Assembly: GCA_002269645.1 (NCBI GenBank)
Contig: NIVC01004694.1
Coordinates: 1 to 37,842 of the forward strand
Source: Macrostomum lignano
Taxonomy: Eukaryota
DNA length: 37,842 nucleotides
Direction of reading: 5' to 3'
Positions within the stretch are counted from its first letter, which is position 1. Every line of letters starts with the position of its first letter. The position numbers and the translations under genes are program-made. The notes under the pieces are model-generated. The model was given only the letters and a program-made list of their open reading frames with translations. It did no database searches and was not told where the DNA came from. This document shows, piece by piece, positions 1 through 10,941 of this stretch.

Positions 1-902
1 CGCAGCGGCGCAGACGGCAGCCGCGCCGCCGCGCTCCGGGCCCGCCGAGCCGCAGCAGAGCCTGGGCAGCCGGATGTGCGCCCGGAAGTGCTGATTGGGC
101 TGAGGTAGATGAAGAAGTTCAGGTTGAGGCAGAGCAGGTAGACGACCTCGCTGACGGCGTGGAGGCGGCGGTATGAGCGGGCAGCAGATCCACAGGAGGC
201 TGGTGCCGCACGGACAGTGCGGGTAGATGAACGCGAAGACGTCCTTCAGCAGCAGCGAGCGCGGCAGCTGGCGGCCAGGAACACGAAGATGACCACGATG
301 AGAGAGGGGATGGTGAGGTTTTTCTGCGCCCGGATGCGGCTGAGCGAAGCCTGCAGCACTTTGGAGGTCCGCATGGCGGCGGGTCCTGGCGCTGGCGAAG
401 CTGGCTGGCGCAGCTGGCCCGCTGGTGGCGCAGCACCAGGTAGAGCAGCAGGGTGTTGTTCACCGCCAGCAGGACGAAGGGCAGCACGGATGAGCAGGCC
501 AGCTTGATGAAGGCGTAGGCGCGGTAGTCCGAGGAGCTGCCGAACCGAGTCTGCTCGATGGTCATGAACCGGACGGTGGCGTTGGTGGCGGGAGACGCTC
601 GCGAGTTGAAGGTGATGGCGGAGGTAAAGGAGTTGGGCAGGTTGAACAGGGAAGCTGAGGCTGCAGACGCACACGATGGTCAGCTTGGTGTCGGTGCGGG
701 TGGCAACGGGTGCGCCTGAAGTGGAAATACTTCATGGCCATGTAGCGCTCGATGCCGAGGAGGACCGTCAGCCAGGCGCACACGGTCTGCAGCGTGAAGT
801 TCACCGTGGTCGTCACGTAGACGCTGGCGAAGGCGAGGGCCGACCGGAGCAGGTGGAAAGCCTTCGAGTTGCAGGGGAACCTGGCGCTGTGTGTCCTGGC
901 AC
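1..902 (-). CDS. Rhodopsin-class (family A) neuropeptide-type GPCR, exon 2 (TM3-TM7), frameshifted as given and truncated by the window edge
   Basis: Acceptor CAG ends at 903. Stitching frames gives TM3 VNFTLQTVCAWLTVLLGIERY (DRY-like ERY), TM4 TKLTIVCVCSLSFLFNLP, TM5 YAFIKLACSSVLPFVLLAVNNTLLLYLV, TM6 LIVVIFVFLA(C)QLP and TM7 EVVYLLCLNLNFFIYL (NFFIY variant of NPxxY). About 7 single-base indels are needed. No stop codon before position 1. Confidence 0.85.
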
Positions 903-914
903 CTGGGGGTGGCG

Positions 915-1512
915 AGGGAGTGGGGTTGGCTGAGGTGCTGGCTGTGTGTGCTGTGGGTGAGGAGTGGGGTTGGCTGAGGTGCTGGCTGTGTGTGCTGTGG
1001 GTGAGGAGTGGGGTTGGCTGGGGTGCTGGCTGTGTGCTGTGTGTGAGGAGTGGGGTTGGCTGGGGTGCTGGCTGTGTGCTGTGGGTGAGGAGTGGGGTTG
1101 GCTGAGGTGCTGGCTGTGTGTGCTGTGGGTGAGGAGTGGGGTTGGCTGGGGTGTTGGCTGTGTGCTGTGGGTGAGGAGTGGGGTTGGCTGGGGTGCTGGC
1201 TGTGTGCTGTGGGTGAGGAGTGGGGTTGGCTGGGGTGCTGGCTGTGTGCTGTGGTGAGGAGTGGGGTTGGCTGGGGTGCTGGCTGTGTGCTGTGTGTGAG
1301 GAGTGGGGTTGGCTGGGGTGCTGGCTGTGTGCTGTGTGTGAGGAGTGGGGTTGGCTGGGGTGCTGGCTGTGTGCTGTGGGTGAGGAGTGGGGTTGGCTGG
1401 GGTGCTGGCTGTGTGCTGTGTGTGAGGAGTGGGGTTGGCTGGGGTGCTGGCTGTGTGTGCTGTGGGTGAGGAGTGGGGTTGGCTGGGGTGTTGGCTGTGT
1501 GCTGTGGGTGAG
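915..1512. repeat. ~42-bp G-rich minisatellite in the GPCR intron (GTGAGGAGTGGGGTTGGCTGGGGTGCTGGCTGTGTGCTGTGG), about 14 copies
   Basis: Tandem copies of 41-44 bp read directly, abutting the exon 2 acceptor. Confidence 0.95.
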
Positions 1513-2540
1513 TGTGGTTGATCTAAGCCTTTTCGTTAACTGTAATAAAATACATGTAGCTGGAGAATGCCTCTCATTCTTTTAACCCTCCAACATATTG
1601 TTCAAAATGATTCAAAGGCCAGGTTTAAAACGGATGAAAGCGGAGTGCGGAGCGAGGTTAATGAAATTAGACTCCTGTAATTCCGTATCGTCGCTTCGCA
1701 TGCTTGCGTGACACGGCGGAGCAACAGGCCTCTAGATACGGCGAAGTCTCTGAGTCTGAGGAATGGGATGAAGCGGCTTGTTGCTGTTGGATACCGGGAG
1801 CAGCAAGCCTGTCTGGTTTTCTGTGGCAGCCGCGGTGCTGGCCGAGGTTCCCGAGACTTGAGCGGCTGCGCATTTGAGGATATTGAATTTCGGCTGCACT
1901 TTTATCCCCGAAATTAAACTACCAATTCGAGTCCATTTTACCTGTCAATCATCGCTGCAAAGAGGTGAAGCTTCTCTAGGGGAGCCGTGCCAGCATCTTG
2001 ATGAGGCCAATCCGTAGCCATTAGAGTCGCTTTAATAATGGGTGGGGCTCTTGGACGGAGGCTGCAGGGAGCCAGGCCGGCCTCTCATATTCCTCCCGAA
2101 TTTCAATTAACAAAATTGCCAATCCCCTGCACCTGGCTGGGCGGGAGCAGAGGCGGGAGGGCAGGTGGCGGCAGTCGGAGCTAATCAACCCCCCCCCCCC
2201 AGATGAGATGAGACTGCTGCCCTGCACGAACAGCCAGCCTGGCCGGGTCTCCGAGGAAATCAGAGTCTGCACCGTCGGAGGCTGTCCCAAATGCCCGCGC
2301 TAAAACACGGCTTTGTCCAACAATGCTCAATATTTCGAGCTGTCAAAGATGTTTCGTGCAGTCTGTCAGGCTCTGGTTATAAATCACTTTTCTTTCTTGT
2401 TTTACGCATTAGTGGATTACCAGCTGTTTTTTGTACTTTAAAGAGATTAGCTGGTGTTTATGATCAACAGCGGCTTCTTGAGAACTCCCTGCGCGTTAGC
2501 TTGCCTACGTGTGAAGGCGGTCAGGACTCCAGCTGACTCC

Positions 2541-2691
2541 CTACCTGATTGCGGTGAGCACACAGGAGGTGCATAACAGCAGGAACCCCCCCCTACCTGA
2601 TTGCGGTGAGCACATAGGAGGTGCAGAACAGCAGAACCCCCCCCCCCTACCTGAGCGCGGTGAGCACATAGGAGGTGTAGAACAGCAGGAA
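2541..2691 (-). repeat. Tandem triplication (52-54 bp period) of the GPCR exon 1 3' end plus its splice donor
   Basis: CTACCTGA..GCGGTGAGCACA.AGGAGGTG.A.AACAGCAG starts at 2541, 2593 and 2647. The last copy is the real exon end. Confidence 0.92.
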
Positions 2692-2985
2692 CAGGGCGTC
2701 CACCAGGGAGATGGCGGCCATGTAGGTGTACGCCGGGCCCTCGAACTGCTGCCTGCGGAAGATGCAAAAGTTGAGCACATTGAGCAGGAAGCCGGAGACG
2801 CACAGCAGCATGGGCAGGTAGAAGGTGAGCAGCAGCTCAAGCCTGAGCTCGGTGCCGCTCACCTGGCACTCGGACCGGTTGCTGAGGGCCGCACGGATCG
2901 CTGACACCGGTGAGCTGCAGGTCAGGTTCAGCTGCTCCTTGGCCAGCAACTCCGGCCGCATCTCCATCATTGACCTGCCTGACAT
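2651..2985 (-). CDS. GPCR exon 1 (N-terminus, TM1, TM2)
   Basis: ATG at 2985. TM1 LLLTFYLPMLLCVSGFLLNVLNF, ICL1 IFRRQQFEGPAY, TM2 YMAAISLVDALFLLF. Donor AG|GTAGGG at 2651/2650. Confidence 0.85.
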
Positions 2986-3189
2986 TGGGAAGTAGGTTGA
3001 CAGCTCGGGATGCTGGGTTGGGGACTGCGCGCTGCTGCATCTGGGATGCTAGCTGATATGGACTCGCCCTGCCAATAGGAGACCCCAGCCCGTGACTGGC
3101 TGCTCGGGGAGGGGTACGCAGAGCTCTGGGGATTTCCAATGGCCATGGCAGTGGGGATTTGAAATTTCAGAGGCATCCGATGGGGAATT

Positions 3190-3656
3190 TCCAGCGACAA
3201 TGAGGATTTCAACCTTGGAAATTTCCCATAGATATAGAAATGCCCGCTGTAACCCATGGGAATTCTCCCCATCAATAATTAGGAGTTCTCCCCATCGATA
3301 ATTGGGAATTCTCCTAATCAATATTCGGAAATTCTCCCTATCAAAAATTCCCTATCAAAAAAATCTACCTATCGATAATTGGGAATTCTCCCCATCAAGA
3401 ATTAGGAGTTCTCCCTATAAAAAATTGGGAATTCTCCCTATCAATAATCGGGAATTCTCCCTATCAATAATCGGGAATTCTCCCTATAAAAAATTGGGAA
3501 TTCTCACTATCAATAATCGGGAATTCTCCCTATCAATATTTGGGAATTCTCCCTATCAATAATCGGGAATTCTCCCTATCAATAATCGGGAATTCTCCCT
3601 ATCAATATTTGGGAATTCTCCCTATCAATAATCGGGAATTCTCCCTATCGATAATT
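3190..3656. repeat. ~22-bp minisatellite GGGAATTCTCCCTATCAATAATC, degenerate at its left end
   Basis: Tandem copies read directly, each with an EcoRI site. Confidence 0.9.
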
Positions 3657-4027
3657 GGGATGTCAGCTGTATAACCGATAGGAATTCTCCCTATTGATGT
3701 TGGGATGCCAGCTGTATAACCGATAGGAATTCTCCCTATTGATGTTGGGATGCCAGCTGTATAACCGATAGGAATTCTCCCTATTGATGTTGGGATGCCA
3801 GCTGTATAACCGATAGGAATTCTCCCTATTGATGTTGGGATGCCAGCTGTATAACCGATAGGAATTCTCCCTATTGATGTTGGGATGCCAGCTGTATAAC
3901 CGATAGGAATTCTCCTATTGATGTTGGGATGCCAGCTGTATAACCGATAGGAATTCTCCCTATTGATGTTGGGATGCCAGCTGTATAACCGATAGGAATT
4001 CTCCCTATTGATGTTGGGATGCCAGCT
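3657..4027. repeat. 45-bp minisatellite GGGATGCCAGCTGTATAACCGATAGGAATTCTCCCTATTGATGTT, 8 full copies plus a partial
   Basis: Copies start at 3657, 3702, 3747, 3792, 3837, 3882, 3926 and 3971 and are near identical. Confidence 0.97.
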
Positions 4028-4824
4028 CCTCAAACTACAAATGGGTGGCATCGAGCAGCTCTAGTGCAGCACATCTTGCGAGCGCTCATCAAATAACAGG
4101 CGTCAATAATTACATGCGTCAAGCAGCGAGGAGCCATCAGTCGAGATATTTTTTGAAGAAAAAAACTGAAAGAAAAAAAGGGGGCGAAAATTGCATATTT
4201 CACTTTTACAATTTTAAGGTAGGAGGCCTCTAAATTTATCTTGATGTTTTCGCAACCCGCGTTAAATACAATACAATACAATAAATACAATGGCCACCGG
4301 CCACAAGTGGTCAGGAAAGGGGGGGACATTGTCAAAAAGCACGCTTAGCTGCGCAGTCTCTGATGAAGGTAGCGCCATTGATCTGATCAGGCGCCCTGGC
4401 GTCTTCTGTCAGACAGTCGACGAACCTCCGGGTCCGCGCCTGCCCCCGCGCGGATCACGTGATCTCTTTCTATCAACGGTATTAAACGGTTTTCTTACTA
4501 AGCAGGAGTGGATTTTCAGTTTTGCTTGATCCAGAGTTCGGTCATCCAAACCTACGGGCCTGTATCGCAAGACAGTATCGGAAAGGCAACCGGCATTTCG
4601 GCGGTGCGCCATGCAGGGTCCTGCGAGGAGGAACAATCAATGCCGCGCATGTACTCAAGCAACAAATAACCAACGTGCCCTCGCAACTCCTCACGCCCAA
4701 GCAGCCCCAGACTAGCTCAGTGGCACTTTGTCACACCCCTCCCCGCATAAGCCTATCTCATCCCAGCCGGTTAGGCGCCTTCGGCGCGGATTCTCATGGA
4801 TCGCCTTAGAAGCTCATCGGTTTG

Positions 4825-5400
4825 GCCGGGCGCGGCTGGCGCTGGCCACGGCAAAAGCGGTGCCGCAGGCGGATCCGGACGTTGTTGCTGGCACCCCATG
4901 CAGCGGGCAGCCGACCTCTCGATCTCCTTGTCCATACTGGGCCACCAAATGCTGCTCCTGGCGATCGTACCTGACTCGCTAGTGAATGCAATATCTAGCT
5001 GTGGCGGACTTCAGCGTCAGAGATGCCTGGGATAGAGCGCTGGAGCTGAGAATCTGCTGGTTGTTTAATAGCACAGACGAGACGATCACGCAGCATGTCG
5101 TACAGCACGGTGCTGAAGTTGCAGTGCTCGGACAGCTTTCCTAAGCTCCGCTATGTACGCAGACATGGTCTCACCCGATTGACAAACGCGGTTGTTGAAC
5201 GTATGAAGCACTGCACTAATTCTGGCGGCTTTGGGTTGCAATGTTTCTCTAGTAGTCGCAGATCTGTGTAGGACTTGTCTGTGAGCTTCTCTGGTGAGCA
5301 CAGGTTCCTGGCTGCCTTTGAATGTCTCACTGTCACATACACTGAGCAGTAGCGCTCGTTAGCTTCTTGGTGTCATCTTCCACATCGTTGGCTAGGAAAT
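4825..5400 (-). mobile_element. Degenerate Ty3/Gypsy LTR-retrotransposon remnant (gag fragment plus integrase zinc-binding fragment)
   Basis: Frameshifted gag-like text RALLLSVCDSETFK..ARNLCSPEKLTDKSYTDL..LEKHCNPKP..FNNRVCQSGETMSAYIAELRK..EHCNFSTVLYDMLRDRLVCAI at ~5045-5400. IARSSIWWPSMDKEIERSAARCMGCQQQRPDPPAAPLLPWP at ~4828-4965 fits the Gypsy integrase H2C2 region. No LTRs identified. Confidence 0.8.
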
Positions 5401-5925
5401 GCTGCTTTTGATACTCAGGCCAAGGACTACTTAAGAAGTTTAACGAAGTGACTTCATTGGTTCTTGACTCAGGCCTTATACTCAAATAGATTACTGAAGT
5501 TGCAAACGCAATATATTCTTTCTTGATATTATTTTATTGTTTCTGTACTCATCTGGCTGCAAAGGTAGAAAATATAAATTATATCTTCTAATTTCTAACT
5601 TTATAGATGACTATATTAATAGTTGATTTCAGTGGTAAAACATGCTGGTTATTTGATGCTTAATGTCGGTTATTGTTCTGAGCTTTTATGTCTTATTCCG
5701 GGATTGATCTTCGCGAAAAGCATATATGAACGACTATGAAAAACGTAATATTACAAATCTAGTTTTCTAAGAAAAGCAAAAATAGTGGAGTTGAGCCCGC
5801 TGACGATATCTTCCACATCTAAACTGTAGTTTTTGACCCGGCAATACTTTTCGTCCTGTTAGCAGTATTCGATATATTACACTATTATTAGGTTAGATTG
5901 AAAGGTACCATTCGGGAAAATCTTC

Positions 5926-6019
5926 ATGGCGGCTAAAACTCCAAAACCCGATGATTCTTTCCCACTTTTTGAAAAATTTACAACACTGTCAAAAAAGAAA
6001 GCTAAAGAAAAGGATGAAG
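5926..6019 (+). CDS. parv: Parvin exon 1 (not in the ORF track)
   Basis: Encodes MAAKTPKPDDSFPLFEKFTTLSKKKAKEKDE, matching the parvin/PAT-6 N-terminal DDSF..TL.(R/K)KKAKE motif. Phase-1 donor G|GTAATG matches the phase-1 acceptor at 7973. Confidence 0.85.
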
Positions 6020-7973
6020 GTAATGATTGTAAACTTTTGTTTTCTTCCAAAAATAGCTGGAGATTTTTTGAACTTATAATAAACGCTTTGGCTTAGTATG
6101 GTATAATATGTTGATTGGCAATATGGTTATTGCTTTGCATTCCACCATTATCAGGGTCCTTATAATAGGAATAATAGAAACTCTTGTAAGGGGTTTTTCA
6201 GTAATGAGGCAAGAGCAAGGCGGTGGTTAAACTGGTTAATGGGTTTATAGAATAATGTTATTGGAATCTAGAAAAGATTTGCATTAATTGTAGTACTACT
6301 TCACTGTAATAAATTATACATTGAATAATTATAAATGCGAGTATTAAAATTAGTTACTATGAGAGAAATTTCAAGAATTTAATTTGTACTCTATGGGGAA
6401 ATTTCTAGAAATTAAATAATTCAAATGCATCAAACTTTCGCGAAGGTCACTACACTCTAATATGCATGCATACTTATAGCCAAATCTATGGCTTCTTTAT
6501 ATATCACCATTTTCCTATAGTCATAGCTATAAGAGCTATTTCCTTTATATAAAAATGCTTATTTTGTAGAAATTATATAAATGCCTACAAGTATTTCTTT
6601 GACAAGTCTAAAAAAATTTCAATAACTCCTAAAAGATGTTATTTTATACAGTTTTATGAACATATTATCAATATAATTATTATTAAGTTTCCTTTTTTAA
6701 TATGAATCTAATCAAAAATAATTACTAATAGGCAATGAAAATGTAACAAATCAATTGACTCATTTGTCTAGGTTTTATCTATCTTTTTTCTAAGTAGGCC
6801 TTATTATATATGCAAATTACTATTTGCTAAAAGGAATCATATAATAACTGCAATTTTTCAGCTATATAAATATTATAATTTTCCTAATTTTCCTTAGGAT
6901 AAAATTCATTCATTTCATTATGATAATTCTTTCCTAGGATCATTATTCTCTAAAAATCATTAAATCTTTATGATAAAGTATTATCATATAAATACCAAAA
7001 TGCCATGTTAGCTGTCCTCTTTACCAAAAATAGGATATATTAATTGATAATAATCATCAATAGGCTATATTACCTTAATGATAATGGCCTTGCAATGCAA
7101 AGTGAAATTCATCTTAAAAACAAATAAGTTCTGCATAGAAAATAAAAAAATAAATGCCTAAGCACAAAAAATTCATTATATGTTGGCTTTAAGGCAGCTT
7201 TTATAATTTATTATTGGCACTAATACTACCATTGCTACACTAATCTAACAATATGTACAAATTTCTAGCAAAAAACCTACTGTTCTGCATACCTTTGTTG
7301 GTTAAAGCTTCTTATATGCATTTAATGTATGAAATACACCCTAGGTGGCTCTATCTATTTAATTGTTAGGCATATAAACCTTATGCCTTGGAAGATTGGC
7401 CATCTAGCATAAGCTCCAAATGAATTAGCCTTGGGTATAAAATTTAGTTAAGTAATATAATGCAAGATTCAACATATTTAATCCTTAGATACTCTATTAT
7501 TTGAAATGTAGATTTTATGCTCCTAAATATTCCCCCTTTTAAAGCTAAATTTATGCTTAAATCTCTCTTTTGAAAATCACAATTTTTCATCATACCAATT
7601 GCCATCTAGGCTTTTATTTTATTAGCTATAGGCCCTAAAAATGCCAAATAATTCTAGCAAAGAAAAGAAATTGAAGTTGAATCTACATGTATCCCTGACA
7701 TTTTCTTAATGCTTTACTTATAGTAATAATAGCAGAATATTGCATGCATAATCTCTTTTTTAATACTATACTTACTAAATAGTAAGATTTTTAAAAATGC
7801 ATTAACATTAAAAATAAAAACACTGTATTACTGCAACTACTAATACTACTACTATTCTTCCAGTAGCAACTAGCGTTGCCAGCACTAGTAAGACTGTTTC
7901 ATTCCAAAAATGCGCCCATATATGCACTGCACCTGCTGAATGTACATCATTTGTTCCCCCCAACACCCGGCAG

Positions 7974-8427
7974 CCGCCGCCCTCGAGCAGGAGGGCCTGA
8001 ATGCCATCACAACAGACGGCCGGACCGAGGACAAGCTCGAGCCCGAGGACTTCAAGCTGGAGGAGGGCGGCGAGCGGCGCATGGTGGTTGAGAAGGACGC
8101 CGACGAGGCCCTGACCAACCTGATCGCCGTGCTGAAGGACTGGCTCAACGAGGTCTTGGTGGCCGACCGCATGGTTGTCCGGTCTCTGGCCGACGATCTC
8201 TACGACGGCCAGGTGTTGCAGATTCTGCTTCACCGGCTGTTCAACCGCACGCTGAGCGAGCCGGACGTCATCCACTCCGCCCACGGCCAGCGCCAGCGGC
8301 TCGAGAGCGTCTTGGCCGCCCTGGACGAATTGCTTGGCCGGCGGGCCGAGTGGACGGCCGAGGAGATTTACGGCCGGCAGCTGGTGCCCGTGCTGAGACT
8401 TCTGGTGGCCATCGCGTCTGCGGCCAG
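7974..8427 (+). CDS. parv: Parvin exon 2 (CH1 domain)
   Basis: Acceptor CCCGGCAG. LEQEGLNAI...LKDWLNEVLVADRMVVRSLADDLYDGQVLQ...LRLLVAIA matches parvin CH1. Phase-2 donor AG|GTGAG. Confidence 0.96.
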
Positions 8428-8445
8428 GTGAGCCGGCTAGGGGTG

Positions 8446-9280
8446 TCTGATCCGCCCCCCCCTAGCCACTCAGATCCGCCCCCTAGCCACTCAGATCCGC
8501 CCCCCCTAGCCACTCAGATCCGCCCCCCTAGCCACTCAGATCCGCCCCTCTGAGCCACTCTGATCCGCCCCCCCCCCTAGCCACTCAGATCCGCCCCTCT
8601 GAGCCACTCTGATCCGCCCCCTCCCTCTGAGCCACTCTGATCCGCCCCCCCCCCCGAACTACTCTGATCCGCCCCCACCGCCTGAGCCACTCTGATCCGC
8701 CCCACCCCTGAGCCACTCTGATCCGCCCCACCCCTGAGCCACTCTGATCCGCCCCCCCTGAGCTACTCTGATCCGCCCCCCTCTGAGCCACTCTAATCCG
8801 CCCCCTGAGCTACTCTGATCCGCCCCCTGAGCGACTCTGATCCGCCCCCTGAGCTACTCTGATCCGCCCCCAGAGCCACTCCGATCCACCCCCCCCTCTG
8901 AGCCACTCTAATCCGCCCCCGAGCTACCCTGATCCGCCCCCCTGAGCGACTCTGATCCGCCCCCTCTGAGCCACTCTGATCCCCCCACCGCCTGAGCCAC
9001 TCAGATCCGCCCCCCCTCTGAGCCACTCTGATCTGCCCCCCCCCACCGCCTGAGCCAATCTGATCCCCCCTCTGAGCCACTCTAATCCCCCTCCCGAGCT
9101 ACCCTGATCCGCCCCCCCCCTCTGAGCCACTCCGATCCGCCACCCCCTCTGAGCCACTCTAATCCCCCCTCCCGAGCTACCCTGATCCGCCCCCCTGAGC
9201 TACTCTGATCCGCCCCCCAGAGCCACTTTGGTCCACCCCCCCCCCTCCTAGCCGATCCGATCCACCCCTCCAGCCATACC
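8446..9280. repeat. ~24-28-bp C-rich minisatellite filling parvin intron 2 (CTGAGCCACTCTGATCCGCCCCCC)
   Basis: Tandem copies with variable C-runs occupy nearly the whole 873-bp intron. Confidence 0.95.
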
Positions 9281-9300
9281 GAATCCGCCACACCCCGCAG

Positions 9301-9820
9301 AGCGCCCATCAAGCTGCCAGGCCGGGTGACGGTGCCGGTGCTGGTGGTGCAGAAGCGAGACGGCGCCCTGCAGTACACCCGCCGGCTGGAGAGCGTCACG
9401 GGCCCGGAGGACGTGTTCTGCCTGGCCGACGCCGAGCGCGACATGCTGGACGACATCTTCGAGCGAAGCCCCGAGCGGGTCGGTCTGCTGGAGCGCCACC
9501 TCATGCTGTTCATCAACAGCAACTTGGCCTGCTTGAACATCGAGGTGACCGACCTGGCCAGGGACTTGGCCGACGGGGTGAACCTGATCATCCTGCTCGG
9601 CCTGCTCGAGGGCTACTTCGTGCCGCTGCACTTTTACACCAGCGTGTCCGCCACTAAGGAGCAGCGGGTCGCCAACGTCTCCCTGCTGTTTGACCTGATG
9701 GAGGACGCCGGGATTCTGAGGCCCACGACCCGGCCAGAGGAGTTGGTGGCCGGCGACCTGAAGGCCGCCCTGCGGGTCGGACTGCCGATCTTCTCCAAGT
9801 ATAAGAGCGGCAGGCAGTGA
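9301..9820 (+). CDS. parv: Parvin exon 3 (linker plus CH2 domain, stop)
   Basis: Acceptor CCCCGCAG. The splice restores R|APIKLPGRVTVPVLVVQKRDG; DLADGVNLIILLGLLEGYFVPLH is CH2. TGA at 9818-9820. Spliced CDS is 94+454+520=1068 nt, i.e. 355 aa. Confidence 0.96.
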
Positions 9821-9850
9821 CTGCCTTGTTGAACTCACTTCTGACTCACC

Positions 9851-10860
9851 TCACCTGAGCTGTTCCTGAATCACCTGAGCTGTTTCTGAATGACCTGAGC
9901 TGTTCCTGAATCACCTGAGCTGTTCCTGAATGACCTGAGCTGTTCCTGAATCACCTGGGCTGTTTTTGAATGACATGAGCTGTTCCTGAATGACCTGAGC
10001 TGTTTTTGAATGACATGAGCTGTTCCTGAAGGACCTGGGCTGTTCCTGAATCACCTGGGCTGTTCCTGAATGACCTGGGCTGTTCCTGAATGACCTGGGC
10101 TGTTCCTGAATGACCTGAGCTGTTCCTGAATGACCTGAGCTGTTCCTTAATGACCTGAGCTGTTCCTGAATCACCTGAGCTGTTCCTGAATCACCTGGGC
10201 TGTTCCTGAATGACCTGAGCTGTTTTTGAATGACATGAGCTGTTCCTGAAGGACCTGGGCTGTTCCTGAATCACCTGGGCTGTTCCTGAATGACCTGGGC
10301 GGTTCCTGAATCACCTGGGCTGTTCCTGAATCACCTGAGCTGTTCCTGAATCACCTGAGCTGTTCCTGAATCACCTGAGCTGTTCCTGAATCACCTGAGC
10401 TGTTCCTGAATCACCTGAGCTGTTCCTGAATGACCTGGGCTGTTCCTGAATCACCTGGGCTGTTCCTGAATCACCTGGGCTGTTCCTGAATGACTTGAGC
10501 TGTTCCTGAATCACCTGGGCTGTTCCTGAATGACTTGAGCTGTTCCTGAATCACCTGGGCTGTTCCTGAATGACTTGAGCTGTTCCTGAATCACCTGGGC
10601 TGTTCCTGAATCACCTGAGCTGTTCCTGAATCACCTGAGCTGTTCCTGAATCACCTGAGCTGTTCCTGAATCACCTGGGCTGTTCCTGAATCACCTGAGC
10701 TGTTCCTGAATCACCTGGGCTGTTCCTGAATCACCTGAGCTGTTCCTGAATCACCTGGGCTGTTCCTGAATCACCTGAGCTGTTCCTGAATCACCTGGGC
10801 TGTTCCTGAATCACATGAGCTGTTCCTGAATCACCTGGGCTGTTCCTGAATCACATGAGC
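9851..10860. repeat. 20-bp minisatellite TCACCTGAGCTGTTCCTGAA, about 50 copies, 30 bp after the parvin stop
   Basis: Highly regular 20-bp periodicity read directly. Confidence 0.98.
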
Positions 10861-10941
10861 AGTCCGTGAACTGTTTTCACAATAGCTGACGAAGCGGGTG
10901 CGAAATGCCGATTATTTCTATTTCAGTACAAATTTGACATC

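Noticed and set aside
3657-4027. CRISPR-like appearance of the 45-bp and other regular arrays
   Set aside because: There are no unique spacers and no cas genes, and the context is intron-containing eukaryotic genes.
4290-4360. MATGHKWSGKGGTLSK as a possible parvin first exon
   Set aside because: The similarity is weak and there is no suitable donor. 5926-6019 matches better and is phase-compatible.
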